Source: Trichodelitschia bisporula
Taxonomy: Eukaryota
Assembly: GCA_010356995.1 (NCBI GenBank)
Contig: ML996692.1
Span: forward strand, 1,368,205-1,403,583
Direction of reading: 5' to 3'
DNA length: 35,379 nucleotides
Below the pieces are notes generated by a model, which was not told the origin of the DNA, searched no databases, and saw only the letters and a list, made by a program, of their open reading frames with translations. Shown here piece after piece: positions 23,355 through 31,756 of the stretch; the first letter of the stretch is position 1, and the number at the start of each line of letters is the position of its first letter. The position numbers were made by a program, and so were the translations under genes.

Positions 23355-24042
23355 CTACTTCCACTGGGCCTCCTTGAGCTTCTGAAACTCCTTGAGCACT
23401 CCGACACGCCGCTCCAGCGCCGACAGCCATTTCTCCAGCTCGGCCTGTACCACGGCCTGGTCGTCACCAAGCTTCACGTAGAAGTCCTTGCGGTACGGCG
23501 TTGCGCCCATGGCCATGTTGAAGATGGGTTTGATGACGAAGCTGTGGTGCGGCTTGAGCGTCTCACCGTAGGCCGCGCGGAATGATTCCGACAGCTCCTG
23601 CGAGGGGTTGCCGACGTTGGCACGCAGCGCCTGCGCTGTGAAGTCGAGTCCGCGTACAAGCCAAAGCAGACCCTCCGTCGCAGTGTGTTTGCCCGACTTG
23701 AGCTCGTTTAGAACGAGGGCTTGGAGCGTGCCCGACTGGCCGGGGGCCGCGAGCTGCTGGTCGCGCACTTTCTACGGGAATCAGCGTCGTCCAAGTACAT
23801 ATAGACGCTCACACCTTGACGTTGCCCAGGATGTCGCTCTTCACGGGTGTGAAGGCCTTGGAGCCGAGTACGTCTGTTCGTTCAGCTTTCGCTCAGCGGC
23901 GAACAGCGTACTCACCAAACAGTCCCGTGAGGCTTTCCGACGCCTCGAGGAACTCAGTGGTGGAGATGGCATTGTCGCTGGCCGCGTCTAGAGGTACGTC
24001 GACAAAGCTGCGCTTGAGCGTCTCGAAGAAGGAGCCAGTCAT
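23355..24042 (-). CDS. Glycolipid transfer protein (GLTP; HET-C2/Podospora het-c family); exons 24042-23916, 23873-23815, 23771-23355
   Basis: Spliced product reads FLEASESLTGLFDVLGSKAFTPVKSDILGNVKK...ATEGLLWLVRGLDF...AYGETLKPHHSF...ATPYRKDFY, including the GLTP sugar-binding residues D, N, K, W, R and H. Confidence 0.93.
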
Positions 24043-24209
24043 GGTTGCTGTGGAAGGTGAAGTGGAGCGGTGGGATATGGGGGTCTGCCCTGAGATTGCG
24101 GGGAAGAGAAGTAGGGGGGCACAAGCGCCAAGAGGAGCATCACTAGCGTCACTGGAACAGAAGTCATCGGCAATGTGTCAGAGAGCAGACACGATCGCGT
24201 TCAGGCACG

Positions 24210-24594
24210 GATGAACGGGATAGTTCGATGTTGAGCAGCCTTGAGCGGTGCATTTGGCACTCTTGTAGTGCGGCAGGAGAGTCTTTCTGTTGAGTTGCTT
24301 GCTCCTATTGAGGTAGCAAACAGAAAACCCAAACGTTTGGAGGGAAGCTCCACAGTTTGAAAGCTGCTTCCCGATGAGAAGGCGGTCCCTTCACCGCTAG
24401 AACGCTCATGCATCGTAGAATGGGACTCCTTCAACGTGAAGGAAGCCTGCTGAACTGTCAGGAGAAAGCTACATTACCGCGGCCCTAAATCCACTGCGCC
24501 GGAGATGGGTAACAGCGAACCTGGGTTGTATCCTGAGAAAGGGCACAGCTTCGCCCATACCGGTACCGCCGCAGTCTGCCTTCCGACGTTCATC
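24210..24594 (+). ncRNA. Candidate ~385-nt highly structured RNA of unknown family
   Basis: More than ten mutually compatible helices found by eye, including a closing stem (24210-24220/24582-24594) and a 10-nt long-range pseudoknot pairing. Many G-U pairs favour the + strand. No convincing ORF. Confidence 0.55.
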
Positions 24595-24697
24595 ATCTCC
24601 TAGTTTAGCTTCGTTCCTCTCACCAACCCCCACACGTTCACGATCTACTGCCTTCCGTCTCCAAACCACCATTTGTATCCCGAGCATTCTGCGTCCC

Positions 24698-25349
24698 TCA
24701 ATGCCAGTGGGCAGGCAGCTCAGCAACTCCCGGCACTATCACTGTACGGCTAGCATCCTTGCCTATTCGTGACGGCACAGACCCAGCTCGGCTCGGCGGC
24801 CAGATGATGCCCACAGCACGACCGGTAATCAAGCCCGAGGGTATCTAGACAGTCAGAACTTCGCCCTCGTGTTATTCTGATACGCACCGGTCCAAAGTCG
24901 TGGCTATCGAAGCTGTCCCGCCAGTTGTCCCCCTCCACAAAGACGTGTCCAGGCGGGACATGCACAGCCGGCGCCTGCGGTCCCATTCCAAAGCGCTTCC
25001 CCGCCTCCGCTTCGCTCCCCACGCGCCGCATATCACGCCAGACGACATCTCCCGGCAAGCCCACGACGCGCTTCACGCTCATGCTCTCAGGGTCGTGCGG
25101 CTTCCAGAAGGCAACAACATCTCCCCGCTGTAGGGTCAACCGCGTTGCCCGTGTTGAATCGGCCGTCTCGCTGCGAAAGTCACCCTTCCGGACGAGAATC
25201 GCGTCGCGGCGGCCGGCGAGGTTGTAGTCTGGTGAGAGTGCGGGCGCCATCGAGTTGCCCGTGACTACATGGGCGTCAAACACGCGGTCATTGACAGTGA
25301 CGACGATTGCGCCAGCAACGAGAGTGCGAAAGGCGATCTTGGCGGCCAT
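24698..25349 (-). CDS. IMP2: Mitochondrial inner membrane peptidase subunit (Imp2-like, peptidase S26); intron 24845-24887
   Basis: Catalytic GNSMAPAL and SVKRVVGLPGD motifs, VPPGHVFVEGDN and SFDSHDFGP. Exon 2 reads IPSGLITGRAVGIIWPP...HWH-stop (TGA at 24698-24700). Confidence 0.85.
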
Positions 25350-25519
25350 GCTCCATGCTGGTGTGGGTGTTGATAGTCGAGTAGTGTATCGAGTTCGTTC
25401 TTTCTGTCCGGGTAATCCCCGTTCCGTCCAAGACGCTCAGGCGGCCGCTCCCGCCTTAGTCATCACATATCATCGACATTCGACAATCTTCGCGCGCACC
25501 GTTACCACGTATCATCAAC
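25350..25519. promoter_or_regulatory. Compact divergent promoter between IMP2-like and SPF1
   Basis: Only 170 nt separate the two head-to-head ATGs. Confidence 0.6.
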
Positions 25520-28500
25520 ATGCCGCTCGTCGACAACCCCCAAATACGGGGCGCTTCGTTGCACAATCCCCTCCCCCCGAGTTTGCACCTCTACGCATGG
25601 CCTTTCCTCGTCATCTGGCCCATCTTCTTCGCCGTGTACCTCTCACCGACGCGCTATGAACGCCACATCGGCGGCCAGGAGTGGACCTTCGTCTTCGCCG
25701 GCAGCATCTTCTCGCTGCAGGCACTCGTCTGGCTGAGCACAAAGTGGAGCGTCGACGTCCGCGCGCTTTTTACTACCATTGGAGCGCGCGATGTCCGCTC
25801 GGCGACGCTGATCAAGGTGCTCCCCGTGGCCAATGCCGGCGCTCCCGAGATCGTGCCCATTGAGCGGCAGACGGTCAACGGTGCGTCCGTTACGTCGTTT
25901 TCCTTCCAGAAGCGCCGCTTTCTATACAATCCCGAAACCAACTCCTTCGCGCCGGTTCCCTACATTCTTGACCACGAGCCGAAGCCGGCTCTCCGCACAT
26001 TTCAACGCAGCAAAGGCCTTTCCGCCGCCGACGTCAACCGCCTTCAACAGCAATATGGCGACAATGCGTTCGATATTCCGGTTCCGACCTTTACCGAGCT
26101 CTTCCAGGAGCACGCCGTCGCGCCGTTCTTTGTCTTTCAGGTCTTCTGCGTTGGGTTGTGGATGCTGGATGAATACTGGTACTACTCGCTGTTCACGCTG
26201 TTCATGCTCGTTGCCTTTGAAAGTACCGTCGTGTGGCAGCGGCAACGCACACTGAGCGAGTTCCGCGGCATGAGCATCAAGCCGTACGACCTGTGGGTGT
26301 TCCGCCAGCACAAGTGGCAGGAGCTGCAGAGCGACAAGCTGCTGCCGGGCGATTTGGTGTCGGTCGGCCGCACCAAGGAAGACAGTGGTGTCGCGTGCGA
26401 TATGCTGCTCGTTGAGGGCACGGCTATTGTCAACGAGGCCATGCTCTCCGGCGAGAGTACCCCGGTTCTGAAGGATTCCGTCCAGCTGCGCCCCGGTGAC
26501 GCGCCCATCGATCCCGAAGGCGTCGACAAGAACTCGTTCCTCTACGGTGGTACTAAGGTACTACAGGTCAGCCACGGCATCGCGGCCGACGATGATGCTG
26601 TCCCGGTGTCGTTGTCTGGTGTCCCCCCGCCGCCTGACAAAGGGGCCATGGCCGTTGTGCTCAAGACCGGCTTCGAGACCAGCCAGGGCACCCTCGTGCG
26701 GACGATGATTTTTGCGACTGAACGCGTGTCGGCCAACAACGTCGAAGCCCTGTTCTTCATTTTGTTCCTGCTGGTCTTCGCCATTGCCGCCTCTTGGTAC
26801 GTCTGGAAGGAGGGCGTTATCCGCGACCGCAAGCGCTCGAAGCTGCTGCTCGACTGTGTTCTTATCATTACGAGTGTTGTTCCGCCGGAGCTCCCCATGG
26901 AGCTGAGCCTTGCCGTCAACACGAGTCTTGCCGCGCTCAGCAAATACGCCATCTTCTGCACTGAGCCCTTCCGCATCCCGTACGCCGGCCGCGTCGACGT
27001 CGCCTGCTTCGACAAGACCGGCACTCTCACCGGCGAGGATCTTGTTGTTGACGGCATCGCTGGGCTTTCTCTTGGTGACCCGACCGCCGCCGCCGAGGCT
27101 GATGGCGCGCAGACTAGCGTCGTCGCCGTCGATAAGGTACCCGCCGGGACAACGCTTGTGCTGGCCACCGCGCACGCGCTCGTGAAGCTCGACGATGGCG
27201 AGATTGTCGGCGAGCCGATGGAGCGCGCGACCCTCGCCTCGCTCGGCTGGACCCTCGGTCGCAGCGACATCCTCACCGGCAAGCACTCTGGCGGCCCCGA
27301 GATGGTTCAGATCCGCCGCCGCTTCCAGTTCTCGTCCGCCCTCAAGCGCCAGAGCTCCATTGCAACCGTCGTCACCACGAACAAGACCGGCAAGAAGACA
27401 CGCGCGACGTTGGTTGGCGTCAAGGGTGCCCCTGAGACCATCCGCCGCATGCTCGTCCAGACGCCCCCCAAGTACGAGGAGACGTTCAAGCACTTTACGC
27501 GCAAGGGTGGCCGTGTGCTGGCGCTCGCGTACCGCTACCTCACGACAGACTCCGAGCTCGGCCAGAATCGCATCAACGATCTCAAGCGTGAGGATGTCGA
27601 GAAAGACTTGCACTTTGCCGGCTTCCTCGTGCTGCAGACGCCCCTCAAGGACGACGCAAAGCAGGCTGTGCGCATGCTGAACGAGAGCAGCCACCGCTGC
27701 ATCATGATTACCGGTGACAATCCCCTCACCGCCGTCCACGTCGCGCGTGAGGTCGAAATCGTCGACCGCGATGTTTTGATTCTTGATGCCCCGGAGGACG
27801 ACGACTCCGGCGAGAAGCTCGTCTGGCGCAGCGTCGACGACAAGATCAGCATCCACGTCGACCCACAGGCGCCACTCGACCGCGACATCCTCGCTACCAA
27901 AGATCTCTGCGTTACCGGCTACGCGCTCGCCAAGTTCCGCGATCAGCCGGCATGGGCGCAGCTGATCCGGCACACATGGGTCTATGCGCGTGTGTCGCCG
28001 AAGCAGAAGGAGGACATCCTGCTCGGGTTGAAGGACGCCGGATACACGACCCTTATGTGCGGCGACGGCACCAATGACGTCGGTGCCCTCAAGCAGGCTC
28101 ATATCGGCGTCGCACTGCTCAACGGCACTCGCGAAGACCTCGAGAAGATTTCCGACCACTTCAAGATCACGCGCATGAAGGAAATATATGAGAAGCAGGT
28201 TGCCATGATGAAGCGCTTCAACCAGCCCGCGCCGCCCGCCCCCCCCATGATTGCCCACCTGTACCCACCCGGCCCGAGCAACCCGCATTACGAGAAGGCC
28301 GTCGAAAGCCAGCTTGCGCGCAAGGGTATCACTGCTCCTGCTGAGACCGCTGTTGCGGCGCCAGAGAAGGAGAAAGAGCTCACTCCCGCTGAAAAGAAGA
28401 AGCTGGCCGCACAGCAGAGCGCGCAGTCCATGGCGGAAAAGTTCACGTCGTCGATGCTGCAGCAGGAACTCGACGACAGCGAGCCGCCGACCATCAAGCT

Positions 28501-29461
28501 GGGCGACGCGTCTGTCGCTGCCCCGTTTACCAGCAAGCTCGCCAACGTCGTCGCCATTCCGAATATCATCCGCCAAGGCCGCTGCACCCTCGTCGCGACA
28601 ATCCAGATGTACAAGATCCTTGCGCTCAACTGCCTCATCAGCGCGTACAGCCTGAGCGTTCTATACCTCGACGGCATCAAGTTCGGCGACGGGCAGGTGA
28701 CCATCAGCGGCATGATGATGAGCGTGTGCTTCCTGTCGATCTCGCGTGCCAAGGTATGTCTGGTCAGTTTATTCCCATCGCCGCTAACAGCCGCAGCCCG
28801 TGGACAAGCTCTCCAAGGAGCGCCCGCAGAACAACATCTTCAACTGGTACATCATCGGCTCTGTCCTCGGCCAGTTCGCCATCCACATTGCGACACTAAT
28901 CTACATCTCGCAATACGTGCAGCGCACCGAACCGTAAGCCGTCTGCTGTCCGCTGCACCGCATCCGCTGACACTGTACAGGAAAAAGGACAATCCCGATC
29001 TTGAGGGCGAGTTCGAACCGTCGCTCCTCAACAGCGCCATCTACCTGTTGCAGCTCATCCAGCAGATCTCCACCTTCTCCATCAACTACCAGGGCCGACC
29101 GTTCCGTGAGTCGATCCGCGAGAACCGCGCCATGTGGTACGGACTCGTCATCGTTTCGGGCGTGGCATTTAGCTGTGCAACCGAATTCATCCCCGAGATC
29201 AACGTCAAGCTGAAGCTGGTCCCGTTCACCACCGCCTTCAAGCTGACGCTGACGTCCGTCATGATCATTGACTACGCCGGCTGCTGGATCGTTGAGCAAG
29301 TCTTCAAGTGGGCCTTCAGCGACTACCGGCCCAAGGACATTGCCATCCGCCGGCCCGACCAGCTTGCTTTTGAGGAGGAGCGCAATCGCGCGGAGGCCGA
29401 AGCCGAGGAGCAGAAGCGGGAGGCGGAAGAGGCAGAGAAGCTGGCTGCGCTTGGGGCATGA
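25520..29461 (+). CDS. SPF1: P5A-type ATPase Spf1/Cod1 (ER transmembrane helix dislocase); introns 28754-28796 and 28934-28980
   Basis: SGES, PPELPMEL, DKTGTLT, KGAPET, TGDN and CGDGTNDVGALKQA motifs. Removing the 43-nt and 47-nt introns restores SRAKPVDKLSKERP. Confidence 0.97.
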   Translation: MPLVDNPQIRGASLHNPLPPSLHLYAWPFLVIWPIFFAVYLSPTRYERHIGGQEWTFVFAGSIFSLQALVWLSTKWSVDVRALFTTIGARDVRSATLIKVLPVANAGAPEIVPIERQTVNGASVTSFSFQKRRFLYNPETNSFAPVPYILDHEPKPALRTFQRSKGLSAADVNRLQQQYGDNAFDIPVPTFTELFQEHAVAPFFVFQVFCVGLWMLDEYWYYSLFTLFMLVAFESTVVWQRQRTLSEFRGMSIKPYDLWVFRQHKWQELQSDKLLPGDLVSVGRTKEDSGVACDMLLVEGTAIVNEAMLSGESTPVLKDSVQLRPGDAPIDPEGVDKNSFLYGGTKVLQVSHGIAADDDAVPVSLSGVPPPPDKGAMAVVLKTGFETSQGTLVRTMIFATERVSANNVEALFFILFLLVFAIAASWYVWKEGVIRDRKRSKLLLDCVLIITSVVPPELPMELSLAVNTSLAALSKYAIFCTEPFRIPYAGRVDVACFDKTGTLTGEDLVVDGIAGLSLGDPTAAAEADGAQTSVVAVDKVPAGTTLVLATAHALVKLDDGEIVGEPMERATLASLGWTLGRSDILTGKHSGGPEMVQIRRRFQFSSALKRQSSIATVVTTNKTGKKTRATLVGVKGAPETIRRMLVQTPPKYEETFKHFTRKGGRVLALAYRYLTTDSELGQNRINDLKREDVEKDLHFAGFLVLQTPLKDDAKQAVRMLNESSHRCIMITGDNPLTAVHVAREVEIVDRDVLILDAPEDDDSGEKLVWRSVDDKISIHVDPQAPLDRDILATKDLCVTGYALAKFRDQPAWAQLIRHTWVYARVSPKQKEDILLGLKDAGYTTLMCGDGTNDVGALKQAHIGVALLNGTREDLEKISDHFKITRMKEIYEKQVAMMKRFNQPAPPAPPMIAHLYPPGPSNPHYEKAVESQLARKGITAPAETAVAAPEKEKELTPAEKKKLAAQQSAQSMAEKFTSSMLQQELDDSEPPTIKLGDASVAAPFTSKLANVVAIPNIIRQGRCTLVATIQMYKILALNCLISAYSLSVLYLDGIKFGDGQVTISGMMMSVCFLSISRAKVCLVSLFPSPLTAAARGQALQGAPAEQHLQLVHHRLCPRPVRHPHCDTNLHLAIRAAHRTVSRLLSAAPHPLTLYRKKDNPDLEGEFEPSLLNSAIYLLQLIQQISTFSINYQGRPFRESIRENRAMWYGLVIVSGVAFSCATEFIPEINVKLKLVPFTTAFKLTLTSVMIIDYAGCWIVEQVFKWAFSDYRPKDIAIRRPDQLAFEEERNRAEAEAEEQKREAEEAEKLAALGA

Positions 29462-29725
29462 GGCGGACATGGGGTCTGGATGTAATGTAGATCAATAGAC
29501 TTATATAATTGTCTGTCACTTGTACGCAAGCCATGTTCCATGCCAACGCTCCAACCGCACCCGTCCCATATGTAGCGTACCGCTCGACTAGCTTTATCAC
29601 GTAATAATTTTAGATGTCGTGGGCATGCTTGCGCGCTAAGATATTTACATCTAAATAGATCTATCGATAGAATGTCATCATCGGCTATGCGCGAAGTTAA
29701 TACAAATCGAAGATTTACGCTTATA

Positions 29726-29820
29726 ACTCCCCGATACTCAGCTAGTTATCCGGTTGTCAACTGGTTACCCGGTACTTAGCGAGTTACCCGGTACTTAGAG
29801 CGTTGCCCAGTACTAAGGGA
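29726..29820. repeat. Degenerate 19-bp tandem array (~5 units, consensus gttacccggtacttagcga)
   Basis: Units start at 29726, 29745, 29764, 29783 and 29802. Units 3 and 4 share gttacccggtacttag exactly. Confidence 0.8.
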
Positions 29821-29954
29821 TAGAAGGAGAGTGTCACGGTGCCAGCGAAGAGCGGTGCAAAAACCATAGATTGCTTCGAGACGATGATGAAGAGTTGGAG
29901 AAGTAATCTACAAGGATGGGTGGGCAAAAGCATAACCGCAGTGTGGGGGCTCTG

Positions 29955-29997
29955 GCGCCAGTCACATGACTGCGCCAGTCACATGACTGCGCCAGTC
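29955..29997. repeat. 17-bp tandem repeat x2.5 (gcgccagtcacatgact)
   Basis: Perfect copies, each containing the inverted repeat AGTCA-CA-TGACT. Confidence 0.9.
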
Positions 29998-30399
29998 CCC
30001 ATACGTCACCTAGGTACTGTGCTGCCACCCTGACCACATCATGGCCTGAGGCATCACACCGTGCATGGCCAGAACCATGACAAAGGACCCACCCGGAAAA
30101 GTAATGACACCGCCCTCGCGGCGTTTTGTGAGGCATGGCCAGTGAACCGGGAGAGGAATCATTACTTTTCTGGGTGGACTTTGGACCCCTAACATATATT
30201 CGGCCTGGTACCGTAGTACTACACACCATGCTGACGTACGCAACGCATGTGGCTTCTGGAGTGCACTCTGTCCGCTTTGGGACTCTTGAACCAACTGTCC
30301 CTGCGACCACAGGTATATAAATGCTACGCCCCAGTCAAAGTTTACAGTCATTCATCACAATCCATTAACCTCAACTCGAATAATCACACGTCGAAAAAA

Positions 30400-31098
30400 A
30401 TGGCAAAGGACATGTCTGATTCCGCCTCCAAGTGGTCCATGGTGACTTTAGACACGATCATCAAATATCTCATGTTCTCGAAAGAGAGGCAAGCGTGCCT
30501 GGCCCAATCGCGCCCGACCCCAAAAGCAGTCGATAGTGACGAGCTTCGCGCTGAACGGCTGAAGGAGCAGGAGGAAATCTTCGAGTACCTTTGTACGAGT
30601 GGATAGGTAGGATAAGAACCCAATATGCTTTAGAATCGCGACTATTTCATGGTAGACTGGCTCATGTAAAGACGAGACGTAAGGCACAAAGGCACCAAAT
30701 AAGTACTGTCAAGGCACTCATGAGTATGGAAGGGACCCATCTGTGAGTTGGGCAGGGAGTGACGGTCAACACTAGGCCTAAGGCCAGTAATTGAGAGGGG
30801 CAGTGGAAGGCGATATGCGACTGCTGTTTACACACTGCTGAGGGCTCCGAGACGCTGCTGTCTTCTTTGTCCTTTTCTAACCATTTCAAAAGCTTACTTG
30901 TACTTTGCCTGTGACGAGGCCTTGCCTACGTCACCTACCCTCCATCTTGCTTTCGCCCACTCTGGCTGCCATCCGCAGTTGCAGATACCAACATTTGGTC
31001 CTGAACTCCAGCGGATCGCGCACCATCCTCCCAATGCCGAGGCATTCAAGCTATGCACCGCTAGCCTCAAAGAAGGAAAGCACCGGGCGGGTTCGTAG
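30400..31098 (+). pseudogene. Small ORF (30400-30606) or first exon of a decayed multi-exon gene
   Basis: TATATAAA at 30314-30321 and aaaATGG start context. Possible introns at 30593-30655 and 30743-30892 (CTAAC at 30877). The spliced frame contains several stops. Confidence 0.35.
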
Positions 31099-31347
31099 GT
31101 GCTTAAATCTACTCAACGTCGTCTAACAATGCTGATCGCTGGTGGTGTCCAGTCTGGAGTAGTGGGGCAGATGAAAGTGGGGCTCGCGCAAGCGCAGGCG
31201 CAGGTGCGACCCGTCAGACGCCTGTAAGCCGATCCCATCCTACTCAGTTTTGACATCAAGCCGTCAACTAGAACTATCAACTTCAGTTTTGAGAGTGACA
31301 TGATGCTCCACGTTTGCACTCATTTTGGCTTGCGATGCTACTGCCCT

Positions 31348-31383
31348 CCCTCTGCTTCTCGCCCGCCCTCTGCTTCTCGCCCG
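31348..31383. repeat. 18-bp direct tandem duplication (ccctctgcttctcgcccg)x2
   Basis: Two perfect copies upstream of the NLR. Confidence 0.85.
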
Positions 31384-31756
31384 GCGAGTTCCCACTGGTC
31401 CTCCTTCTGGGGTTGGGGGACAGCGTGTCCCTCGAGATAGGCTGTCGATGGTCAGGCTGCGCCCTCCGGTGCCGGGACCAGCTGCAGCTGTTACTGGACG
31501 GCCAGGACAGACCGAGAATGCCTTTGCGCACTTATCACAGCCTCCACGTAGTGCACGGGGCTGGGAGCGCCGAGCCCCCCCGCACTGAGTAATCCCACAG
31601 CTGAGGGCGAGTCGCTCGCGGACCTGGTTCATTTCCCATCAGCTTTTCGCCTCTCCAGCATCTCGCAACTGAGCAATGAAGCGTCTTAACAGCTCTGAAC
31701 CATCATGGTACGTATTCTCCTTCGCTACAACTGCCCTTGCTCCTTAAGGCCGATGT

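Noticed and set aside
24210..24594. Assignment of the structured segment to RNase P/MRP, TPP riboswitch, hairpin/hammerhead ribozyme or telomerase RNA
   Set aside because: Only partial look-alikes (AGAA...TAGAAC, GAGAA loop, CTGAGA, TACATTAC, CCCTAA) in the wrong topology. The core conserved pairings and a 1.5-repeat template are absent.
29832..31300. Possible solo LTR (TGTCAC...GTGACA)
   Set aside because: Only a 6-bp terminal match, no target-site duplication, and no retroelement coding sequence.
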